This document shows positions 1 through 11,357 of a DNA stretch of 64,000 nt, one piece after another. The notes under the pieces are model-generated. The model was not told the DNA's origin. It worked only from the letters and a program-made list of their open reading frames with translations, and did not search any database. The stretch is from Prorocentrum cordatum (taxonomy: Eukaryota): NCBI GenBank assembly GCA_963575745.1, contig CAUYUJ010000062.1, positions 1 to 64,000 on the forward strand, written 5' to 3'. The position numbers and the translations under genes were made by a program. How positions within the stretch are numbered: the first letter of the stretch is position 1; each line of letters starts with the position of its first letter.

Positions 1-904
1 CCTCCTCCTCCTCCTCCTCCTCCTCCTCCTCTCTCCTCCTCCCCCTCCTCCCCCTCCTCCCTCTTGGTCAGCTCCCCCAGGGGCGACCGCCCCTGTGGGG
101 GGGGCTGCTCCAAGACGACCGCCGGATCGCCAGCGCAGAATACAGTTTGTTGTTTGATTCGCGGGTCGAGAGCGCACCTCTTCCGGTCGAAGCTAAGCGG
201 GCCGCGCGAAGTTTGATTTAGCAAAGAGGGGGGGACAGAAGGAGAGGTCTCACGGCAGGGTCAGGAGGAGGCAAAGCCTCGGGATCAGGCGGTGCCGAAG
301 ACGATGTGATTGCAAAGGAACGCCTTGGACAGGCGGAAAGAATACAGTCAACCCTCACAGTAAGGATCAGCGATTTTCCAAGGTTACCCTTTGGGGAAAC
401 GTAAAACTCGAGCAAGCCAGGATTCGGGTCTGCCGGCGCTTTTGGACGAGCGCGTTCTAGATTTGGGCAGTCCAGTTTACGTGGGATGTGCGCGGCGAGA
501 GTTCGCGTCAAATTTCAGATTGGGTCTCCTCATCTTCACGATGGCCCCGTCAGGCCAACCCGAGTCCCCCGAACCCGAGCCTCGCGTCTCCCCGACCTTT
601 GCATCCTTCCCCTCCAGACCATCCTTGGCCACGTTCGCTGGCCGCGCCCCGCTCGCACAGTGCCAGCATGGCCTTCCGAGGCCCCTGCGCACTATCTCTT
701 GCGTCCTTGTGATGCGGATTGACTGCACCCCCACCCCACCCCGGGCAAAGCGACCTGCTGGAACCCCAGCACCGGGAGGGCACGCGCGACCGCGTCGACC
801 ACGGGCCGGCTCGGCCCGGCCAGTGTCGGCGCAAGAGAAGAGAGGGCGCCCTCCGATTCGGCCCCTCCTTCTCGCTTCGGGGGGGGTGAGGGATGAGTGG
901 GGGG

Positions 905-1335
905 GGAGGAGGGAGGAGAAGGGAGGGAGGAGGGAGGAGGAAGGAGGAGGAGGAGGAGGAGGAGGAGGACGAGGAGGAAGAGGAGAGGAGGAGGATGAGG
1001 ACGAGAAGAAGAAGAATGTGGGGTAGGAGAAGAGGGTGGAGGAAGAAGGAGGAGAACGACGATGAGGAGGAGGAGGAGAAGGTGGATGAGGATAGTGGCT
1101 GATGGCGGGGAGAAGGAGGAGGAGGAAGAGGGAAGGCAGAGGAGGAGAAGGAGGAGGGGGAGGAGGACGAGGAGGAAGAGGATGAGGACGAGAAGAAGAA
1201 GGGGCGGAGGACGACGAGCAGAAGGAGGAGGGCGGCAGGAGGAGGAGGAGGAGGAGGAGGAGGAGGAGGAGGAGGATATGTTGGTGCGATGCGGGGGAGG
1301 GGAAGGGAAGGCAGAGGAGGGCAGGGAGGAGGAGA
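905..1335. repeat. (GGA)n/(CCT)n microsatellite; many similar tracts, e.g. 1-62, 3335-3645, 5095-5280, 7000-7200, 12785-12978, 13315-13416, 15000-15590, 28270-28600, 29850-29985, 34199-34525, 38503-38838, 44910-44959, 51476-51654, 57916-57991
   Basis: Direct inspection. Confidence 0.95.
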
Positions 1336-1394
1336 TCATCGAGGAGGTGATGATATCGATGACGCGACGAGTTCCAGCCGCGGCGCGCTCCGAG

Positions 1395-1421
1395 GTGCGG
1401 ATGGTGCGGGGCACGCTGCAG
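1395..1421 (+). CDS. Putative exon (VRMVRGTLQ)
   Basis: AG|G acceptor and GA donor. CAGGAG is repeated at the next acceptor (2201). In frame with the next exon. Confidence 0.35.
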
Positions 1422-4400
1422 GAGGCTTTGGCAAGGACCCCCGAGACGGAGGGAGGAGCGGCAAGTGGCAGCGACAGAGCAGAGACGAGGAGGAAAAGGA
1501 GGACCTCTCCTCCTCCTCCTCCTCCTCCTCCTCCTCCAACTCCTCCAACTCCTCCCCCTCCCAGCAGCCTTCCTCCGCACCTCGATCCTTCTGGAGCTCT
1601 CGACCCTGGTCGGTGTGGTCCTCTGCCGTGGCCCTCGTCTTCCTGGGATCGTTTCGCCAGGGTCGTGGCACGATTGCCTCATGCGAGGCACCGCGGGGCC
1701 TCCTTTTTGTTGACGTTATTTTGAGAGGTCATGCGAGGCATGTGCGTGCGGCCGTCGAGCAAGATCCACGTGGTGGGCACCGCGGTGCCTCGCATGAGGC
1801 GGAGGGGAGCACGACTCCCCCCGCCCGCCTCCCATTGACGCTACGGGCGCTCCAGAGCGCTCAGCAGCCTGCGCAAGACAGGACCTTGATGCACACACAG
1901 CGCTGTAGTACATCGGCCTCTGGTTGCTGTTTCCCTGCTCCTCGGCTTCGAGTGCAGCCGCTTTCTCGTTTGCGCTGCGCCCTCCCTGCAGTCGTAACTC
2001 AACGCGGCCGACGCGGCCCGCACTCACGCACGTTCCGATCCGACGTCGTGCCGACGCGGCCCGAACCGACGCACGTTCCGATCCGAACCGATTTCCCGAT
2101 GCGATGCCCACGGATCCTGCCTGGGAAGGCGTCCGCGTCGTCGTCCGTCGTCCGGCGGCTGCGTCGTCGGCGTCGCCGTCGCCGTCTCCGTCGCCGTCCA
2201 GGAGCTGAAGCCGGCGGCGCCCGCCGCCCCCGCGGAGGAGGAGGCCGCGGCGGCAGAGGAGCGGCGCCGCCTCGCGCGCGCGCGGGGGGGGGGGACCCGT
2301 GCAGGCGCGCCCCCCCTCGGCCAAGCAGGTCGGCATCCTCCCCCTTAGGCTTACGATGTTCCACCCTACTTCAGCCTCGAGCACCAGAAATTATTTCGAG
2401 CACCAAGGCAGCACCGAAACTGGAGGGTGTTCACGTGTTGGGCCCTGGGATGCGATACTCGTTCGACACTGGTTCGATACTTCTCTGGGTGCTCGAAATT
2501 ACTGCTGGGATGTGGCCCTTAAGTACGATGGGAGCAACATAACCCTAGGCCTGGCCCTGCGTCCCCCCCCCACTCCTCCTCCTCCTCCCCCTCCTCCTCC
2601 GCCTCCTCCTCCTATTCTCCGATTCTCCGATGGCGTCTGGATCCCCTACACAGAAAGCGCGAACATCCAGAAGCAAAGATGGTGAGTCGGGGTCGGCTGC
2701 CCAAACACACCACGGATCGCTGCGCGCCCACAAGCTCCTGCGGTGAAGAGCTTGAGGGAAAGAGCGCAAACGAGTTGGCAGGCAGCAGAGAGCAAGACAG
2801 CTGGGGGGAACAAGCCTCGCTGCCTAAACGGTTTTCGAGTTGCGTCCGCCCCGCAGGGCTCAGATAACGACACCCCCAGTGCCGCCCCGATAAGCCACCC
2901 GAGGGGCGCCACTCCCTCGGGCGACCGCACACCCCCACGCACGCCAGGGCGGGGGACCCTGGCCGTGGGAAGGATGGGTGTGGATCCGCCATGAGCCCCC
3001 CGAAAGGGACCCCCCACCCGCCCAAGCACCCGCGGCGTACGGGCCGGGCCACCGCAAGGGGTGGGAAACGTGGCGACGAGGGAACGACACGACACGACGG
3101 GGGGACGGACCGCCAGTCCCGCCCCAAGGCGGCGAACGCAGGGGGGGAGCCCTGCGCCGCCCTGGGGGAGGCCCCGGGACCTGGCAGCCCCCCCTGGGAA
3201 GGGGACCCCGCTTATGGGGGCCGTCCCAGGGGAGCGGGGGCGTTTCGCCCCTCGGGCCCGGCGCTCCCCGCCTGCGCCAGGAGGACCCTGGGGTCCCGAC
3301 CCCTCCCCTACGGGAGGGGCCCCCTCGGGGCCCGCCTCCTCCTCCTCCTCCTCTTCCTCCTCCTCCTCCTCCTCCTCATCCTCCTCCTCCTCCTCCGCCT
3401 CCTCCTCCTCCTCCTCCTCCTCTGTGCTCTGCGCTTGGGCCGTCTCCACGAGGCCTTGGAGGAGAAGGAGGAGGAGGAGGAGGCGGAGGAGGAGGAGGAG
3501 GAGGAGGAGGAGGAGCAGGAGGAGGAGGAGGAGGCGGAGGTGGAGGCGGAGGTGGAGGAGGAGGAGGAGGAGGAGGAGGAGGAGGTCCGAGGAGCACGTG
3601 GCGCATGAGGAGGAGAAGGAGGAGGAGGAGGAGGAGGAGGGGGAGGAGGCCGACGGGGCTCACGCGATGGATCTTTCGCTCTTGCAACCGTGGTTCGGCT
3701 GTCCTCCGATGGCCCCCCCTCGGAGAGCTGGGGCTCGGCGAGGCCGAACGGGGGGCACGGAGCCCAGAGCCGCGACGGGCCACGCCATGCAGCAGGCCCG
3801 GAGCAGCGAGGTCCGAGCCCCGTCGGTCGTGCTGTTCGGGGGCGGAAAAGAGGGGGGTGATGACTAGGGGGGGTGGATATCGTGGCGGGGGCCGTGATAT
3901 TTCCCCAGCTTTCATGGCGCCTCTTCTGATTTCATTACGTCCCTGGCCCCCCCCGCTGGGCCGCGCACATGCCGCCGGTCATGATTTGCACCCCCCCCTC
4001 TTGGACACCCCCCTCTTGGCCGCTCCCGAGCTGTGGTCGTCGCGACAGCTCTGAGATTCGCACACGCAGGAGCGTCTCCGCACCGTGAGCAGGTCCGACG
4101 CTGCGCGCTCCGCCCCGCTCACCCTATGATTGGCCGTTCGCTCCTTCGCGCTCGAGGCTGCCCTTTTTCCCTTCCCCCTCCCCCCCTTCCTCTCCCCTCC
4201 CGTCTCCCCTCCCCCGCCTTCTCCCCCCCTCGGAGCAGGACGGGGGGGAGCGCGCGGCGCTTGCCCCTCCGACGCGCAGGGCAGAAGGGTGGTGTGCAGC
4301 TGCGGCGCCTGGTCACAACAAGTTCGCGCCGCGCTGACGCGGGCGCTCAGGGTTGAACGCCGCCAGCGGTCCAGAGTCGGCCGATGGCGAGCGTTCCGCG

Positions 4401-7400
4401 CAAGTGGAAAGCCACGATCGTTCAAAGTTGAAGGATCCACGCGGTGTCAGAAACCAACGCGCAAGTCGTCACGACACCAGTTAACCTCTTGTGCAGTCAA
4501 TGCGCCCAGTAAGGACGCGCGCCTTCATCGTGGGTACCCCTGTGTCCCTGCCTCTGCAGCCCGTCCTTTGCCGGTTTTGCTGGTCGCCCGCCGCCCAAAA
4601 AAATCGAACCTCGGCCTCCAAGAGCCTTGCGTCTTTACCACCGGTCCTGAATACACGTTTTGACTGTATCTGGCCGAGCACGTCTTGCACGGCAGAGGGC
4701 TCGGCTGTTGTCGTCGCTCTGTGTGCAGGCCGGCCCGGCCGGCCGCCAAGGCGGAGGCGGCAAGCGAGCCCGAAGTGGCGCCGCCCACCGCCTGCTTCAT
4801 CGCCCACCCGCAGCTGCATAGGCCTGCTCCGCGCACGAGGGAGGGGGGGCAGGGGGAGCGGGAGTAGAAGGATGAGGAGAAGATGCAAGAGTCTAGGGCT
4901 CCTAGATGGGGTCCGAGGATCGCGCCGCATCGCCGATGCGGCTCGATGTGGAGCCCGACGTTCGCTATGCCGACGTCGACGATGTATCGGTGGTACATCA
5001 CCAATGCATCGCCGGTGTATCGGCAAGGCGGCGCGATCCTCCGACCCCACCTACTCCGATCCCATCTGGGAGGCCTCTAGAGCAGAAGATGCAAGAGGCA
5101 GAGCAGGAGAAAGAGGAGGAGATGAAAGAAGAGGAGGGAGCGGAGGAGGAGGAGGAGGAGGAGGAGGAGACGAAAGAGGAGGAGGAGCAGGAGGAGGAGG
5201 AGGAGGAGGAGGAGGGGGGAGGAGGAGGAGGAAAAGATGGAAGAGGAGGAGGAGCAGGAGGAGAGGAGGAGGGCGGGAGGAGGGATCTCGCTTGTGGATC
5301 TCGCAGGTGCCAGGGCCACCCCCGGGGAGGGGCGGTGCCCTGGGGGATGGGGGGAAAACCTCACCAGGGTGGGCGAGCTCCGCCCTCGGGCCTTCAGTGC
5401 GCCACCCTGCTGGACCGGCCACAGGCCCCCCGACAGGCCACAGTGGGGAGGGGACGGGGGAGAGGGTCCGCGAAGGGGACGGGGAGCTTCCACCTCCCCC
5501 CCCCGCCGTTCTCATTCTCCTCCTCCTCCTCCTCCTCCTCCTCCTCCTCCTCCTCCTCCTGCCCTCCTCATCCTGCTCGTCGTCAGCGTCGATATTCCTC
5601 ATCCTCTGCCTTCCCCCCTCCAAGGGGGCGAGGGGAGCATCAGGCGGAGGGCGAAGGAACGCCTCTCCCCCCCCCCAGCCCATCCAGGGCCCCCCACTGC
5701 CCCAGGCGCCTCCCCGCGACAGGCAGGGCTCCGGCCGAATACGGCCCCGCCAGCCGCGGAGCCGAAATTCTAGGCCTCCTGGTCGGGGTCGGAGCAGATG
5801 GGGTCATCGTTTATACCACATGGCTTGCACCAGATAGCTTACACCAGATGTGTTGCACCACATAGGTCACACCACATGATTTGCACAGTATTGCGTACAA
5901 CACATAGTGTACGCCACATAGTTTACACCAGATAGTTTGCACTAAAGATGTTATACCACATGCTTTGTTTTCTGACCGTGCCCTTGCGCTGTCATGAGAA
6001 GTTTATGGTATCGACCTGGACCTGGATGTCCCAAGACATGTTCGTACCATGTGTTGTTCCCTGGGGTTGCGTTTCGAAGCGCCAGGGAGTTAGCGGCCTG
6101 AAGCCTTCATTGCAGCTGCGTGGCCAGACGTTTGCTCGGAGGTGCCGCTCTTTTCCACTTGCTGGCGGCCCACGTGAGCTGGCCGCGAGTTAAGATATAC
6201 TGCGGGCGACAAGACGAGCATCCTTCCCAACACTCTTCAAATGGCGCGAGATGAACTGACAATTTGATTAGGCCGTCACAGCAGCGAAGATGTTGTGAGT
6301 CGCAGGGCCCCCGATGTCGGCATCGCAGCTACCTTCTCCCTCGCGCCAATTCCAGCCACTCTGACAGAACATCGTTTGGCATGAGGTTGCATCAGGCGTG
6401 ATCCGAGAAGTAGATTGACGGTGGACACCCATCGTTCGGAATGTGTCAGGCATCATATGTGTTTCAGCGTCCGATGTCCATAGCAAGCAGGCGGGCCAAA
6501 CGTGCTCGCATACGCTGAAAGAGGTTTGAAGTAGGGATGATTGGCGGGGATGGTGCGTGTGTTAATGTCATTCGAATGTGTGACCAGTTGCGCCCCAGAA
6601 TCATTGCCCACGGTCAGTGTCTTCAGGTTTTCTTTGCCAGGCATAGCATACCAAAGAGCCACGTTGAAAATACATCAGCAGACGCTAGAGGAGGGAGGAG
6701 CTCCTGAGCCCCTTCGAGATGTTCGGAAGTACAGGATACTTATTGGGATATGTTCCGAATCCAAGGTCAAGCCTGCGATGGATCCGACGGCTCTCATCGC
6801 ATGGACCACGCTGATACAACCACGCTGATACAATCAGAAAATGTTGCTGATGATCAAAGGAGAAGATGGGGGATCTAGGCCTTCTCATGGTCTCAGACCT
6901 TTTATGAGCTTCAGAGGCATCCAGATACATCTGGAGAGCTCCACATACTTCTGGGGGCTGTGGGGGACCTCCAGCGACTTCATATGGGAGGGAGGGAAAG
7001 ATGAGGAGGTAGGAGGGAGAGTGAGGAGGAGGAGGAGGAGGAGGAGGAGGAGGAGCAGGAGGAGGAGGAGGAAGAGAAGGGGAGGAGGAGGAGGGGGAGG
7101 GGGAGGAGGGGGAGGAGGAAGAGGAGGAGGAGGAGGAGGAGGAGGAGGGATGAGGAGGAGGAGGAGACGAAGGAGCAGACGGAGGACGAGGAGGACGAGG
7201 GGTGGCGAGGTCCCTGGAGGCCTCGGTGGATCCCAGGGGCCTCCGGTCGGGGTCCCCACGGGGCCCGGACGCTGAAGTCGGAGGCCCCACCCAGGGGCAG
7301 CAGTTGCGGAAGCTGCCTCCGGCCGCTGCTGCTGTTGCCTTCGGGGTGCGGCCGTGCTCCCCCCCCCCCCGTTCGATGCTCCTCGGGACGCGTGCTGGCC

Positions 7401-7991
7401 CAAGGGGGGCTCTGCTCAGTATCGTTTAGCCGACCCCCATCCCCAGCCTCATCCCCTTCGAGACCCCCCACCAAATTCTAGACGCTTCGCGCAACCCCAC
7501 CAGGACGTTTCGCTGGCGCTGTCAGAACCTTTCTCCTGCTGGACGACGTCACCAGTTACTGTCTGCCCATACCCGTCAGACTCCTGGATTGACTTTCTCG
7601 CACGGGGACCGTTCCCTACCACGCGGTTGTCTCTACACGATCGCGGCCTGGGACGTACTGCGCGCCATTTTGGCTGCGCCTGGCTCGCCCGAGGGCTGAC
7701 CTTTCAGACTCCCTGGGTTGCAGCTTGCACGCCCGTCTCAGGTGGCTGAACTTTCAGACTCCCTGGGATTGCACGACCGCCTGGCCTCTCAGACGCCCTG
7801 GGTTGCCGCTGCTTGCCGCCTGATCCGCGGCCCCGCGCGCGCTCGGGAATTTAGTCGCGGCCGCAGCCCGACCGTGACTGTTCGCCGCCGGCGCTTCCGC
7901 CTGGGTTTTTTTTATCATGATTCGTATTCTTTTAATAATTATAATAATAATAATAATAATAATAATAGTAATAATAATAATATGTAAGAAG

Positions 7992-8081
<90 letters not shown>

Positions 8082-9187
8082 ACGACCCGGACGTACGACC
8101 CGCCGCTTGCGTTTTCGCCCGCGGCCGCGACCAAAAAAAATAACCCCACCAGCGTAGTCCGGTCAGCTTAGGTGCTGCTTTGGCCGCTGGCTGTCGGCGC
8201 GTTAGGCAATTAGGTTCGCGCGTAGCCCGCCCGATTCTTGACGCTGCTGGCGCGCTCGCCTGCGGCCGCGACGCGAAAAAGTAACCCCACCAGCCCAGGC
8301 CTCGTGGAGGCCTCTGGGGCGCCTGTTGGGGCCTCCTGGGGCCTCCTGGGCGCCTCTTGGGGCCCTCTTGAAGCGCTCTTGGGAGCCTTGGGAGCGCTCT
8401 TGGAGCCCTCTTGGGCCATCTTGGAGTCATCTTGAAGCTTCGGATGGCCATCGGAAGCGAAAACGCGAGAAAGCCCAAAACATTGATTGTCCTAAGGTTT
8501 TGGAAGGATTTTTGCCTCTTCGAGGCCTCCTGGGGGAGCTCTTTGGCCACTTGGAGCGGTCTTGAAGCGGTCTTGGGGCCTCTTGGAACATCGTGGGAGC
8601 CATCTTGAAGCATCTTGGGACGGAGCTCATTCTGGATTCCGGCAGAACAGCTCAGCGGGGTCGGCTCGAATTTGCATTCTGGGAATTTGTTCTAAGCGTT
8701 CCCCGATACGTTGGCCCGGAACCTCTCCTGAAGTTCCTGGCTTGGGGGCCTCTTTGGGGCATCCTGGGGGCCTTGGGGGTTTCTTGCAGCCATCGTGGGG
8801 CCATCTCGGGGCCTCTTGGGGCCTCCTGGGCGCCTCTTGGGGCCATCTTGGAGGAGATCGATCACAGGAAGGGGGGGGGTCAATTAGCCCTTCCCTTCGG
8901 GAGGCCAGCATGGGGCCAAAACCTTACTGAAACCAATGAGTTCGGTTTCCTCGCCGAGGCCGTTTTGGACGCTCCAACGCGGCGCGGAACCCCCCGTCCA
9001 GGGGAAGAGGCAGGAGAAGGGGTCAAGACTTCCTCCCCGCCCGCAAGCCGTCTCGCTCACGCCCACCCGCCCTCCGAACACATACGTAGCACCCAAGTCC
9101 GGCCGAGCCTCAGCGTATTCAGCAGTCGTCTTTGGATGGGCAGCCACTGGGGGCCAATCCGCCGCCGCAGCCGCAGCCGCAGCCGCA

Positions 9188-9228
<41 letters not shown>

Positions 9229-9432
9229 TGCCCGCCGCCGCCGCCGCGCTGCCGCCGCCGCCGCGCCGTCGCCGCCTCCGCCGCCGCGCCGCCCGCCGCC
9301 GCCGCCGCCGCGCGCCGCCGCCGCCGCCCCCCCCGCTGCCAAATCGCCGCCGCGCAGCCGCCGCAGCCGTTGCCGCCACTGCCGCCGCCGCCAACGCCGC
9401 CGCGCAGCCCGCCGCCGCCGCCGCCGCCGCGC

Positions 9433-9463
<31 letters not shown>

Positions 9464-11300
9464 ACCGCCGCCGCCCCACCCCCGCTGCCAAATCGCCGCC
9501 GCGGCAGCCGCTGCCGCCGCAGCCGCTGCCGCCATCGCCGCCGCCGCCGCCGCCGCCGCAGCCGCCGCCGCCGCCGCCGCCGCCGCCGCCCCCGCCGCCC
9601 CCGCCGCCACCGCCGCCGCCGCAGCCGCCGCCGCCACAGCCGCCGCAGCCGCCCCAGCCGCCGCCGCCGCCGCCAAGTGTACTCTGTTTTGTTTTTGGAC
9701 AGGGATGGTGGGGGGAGGCCGCATCGGGTTGGCTGCGCATGCTCCGAATTCGGAGGCAGAGTGTGCTCTGCATGGTTTTTTGTTCACGAGGGGCCGTCAT
9801 GGTTCCTGGTTGGTTACCAGTCGCCTGGGGGAGGGGGTGTTTGTTAATAGGGTACAGTGATAAGCCCTTCCCAGAAGGGAAGAAGAAATTCCTTAAACCA
9901 CCTACGCCCAGAACGGCCAATATCCCCCACGTAGGGGAGTATATCGGCCGGTGGGGCCCAGGCCACGCCGCCAGAGATGGGGATCGGATAAACGATACAC
10001 ATCGGAGTTCCTCGGGACGCGTGCTGGCCCAGGGGGCCTGTCCCGTCCGGCACCACCCACGGTGCGCACCACCAGCACTTGATGGGCTTGTTTTCCACCA
10101 CCACCACCACCACCACCATAAGCTGGGGGGGGCGGAGGAGGAGAAAAAGGAGGAGGAGGAAGAGGAGGACCCCCTACCCCTCCAATTTATGGTGGTGGTG
10201 GTGGTGGAAAACAGGCCCATCAGCATTGTGCCTGCCATCGCGAGACGCGTCGCGAAGGGCGAACCGAGCGCTCGGCGGCGTCGGCACGGAGGGCCGCCAG
10301 GCCCCCAGGGCGGGTGCGGCAATCTGACCGGGGACCCCCACCCCATTTATCAAGCAGTAGCGAGGCGTCTTGGCGTGCTTACACGCCTACCAAACAATTG
10401 TCTAAGAACCGTTTGTGGCTTCCACGAAATGTTCTTAGAACATTTCTGGCGGGGGCTGTCTTGATTTAACCCACCGGGCGTATGTTCTAAGAACATTGTT
10501 ATTGTTCTTAGAACATCTGGGGTTTCTAAGAACACTCCGTGGTAGGCCTATAGGAATGCCGGGACGGTCGGTTCCTGCTCAACCTTACCCCCCCTTACCC
10601 CCCCCAGTCAGGGAGGGGAGAAGGGGAGGAAATCGATTGAATTACATGGTGTATTTCTCTTTGTTTGTTTCTAGATCTGCTTGGGATTACCCCTCCCCCT
10701 ACCCCTCCATGATGGGCCTGTCTTCCACCACCACCACCACCACCACCAGAAGTTGGAGGGGGAAGGAGGTGGAGGATGAGGAGGAGGAAGAAGAGGAGGA
10801 GGAGGAGGAGGAGAGACCCCCTCCCCCTCCAACTTATGGTGGTGGTGGTGGAAAACAAGCCCATCACCCCAGTCAAGGAGGGGAGAAGGGGAGTAAGTCG
10901 ACTGGATTACAGGGTTTGTTTTTCTCTGTTCGTTTCTAGATTTGATTGGGATTGGCAACGACGACGAAGACGATGACAGCCTCTCACACACGCGGGAGGG
11001 TCGGCGCATTTTGTCTCGAATGAAGATGAAGGAGTTTCCCCAGGGTTGGTTCGGGATACGTTCGCCTCGACGGGAGAGGAGGGAGCTCCACGCTCCACCA
11101 AGGTTGACTCGAGATGTTTTTGCCTCGAGGGGAAGGCCCCAACCAGGCCAAGATCGCCTCTTCCTCTTTGGTCTGGTCAGGGCCTCCCTCCTCCTTGGTG
11201 TTTGTCTGGCCGCGGCCTCCCACTGCGCCCCCGCCGCGCGCCAGGTATTTTTCTGACTTCTTCCCGGCCATCCAGTGGCTCATACAGCGCAGGGCGCCAG

Positions 11301-11357
<57 letters not shown>

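Noticed and set aside
5727..5773. Possible extra host exon (RAPAEYGPASRGAEIL); similar candidates at ~7210, ~28616, ~37395, ~42094, ~44760, ~58011
   Set aside because: Splice-like ends exist, but I could not place them unambiguously in phase or by homology.
7664..7675. GCCATTTTGGCT, a 12-nt partial match to DinoSL
   Set aside because: Flanks diverge on both sides and no ORF or element start follows. Likely chance.
391..10464. Long ORFs rich in poly-P/E/R/G/L/S (e.g. 477-1691, 2978-4054, 8593-10464)
   Set aside because: They are translations of CCT/GGA/CCG microsatellites that lack stops in most frames, and show no domain motifs.
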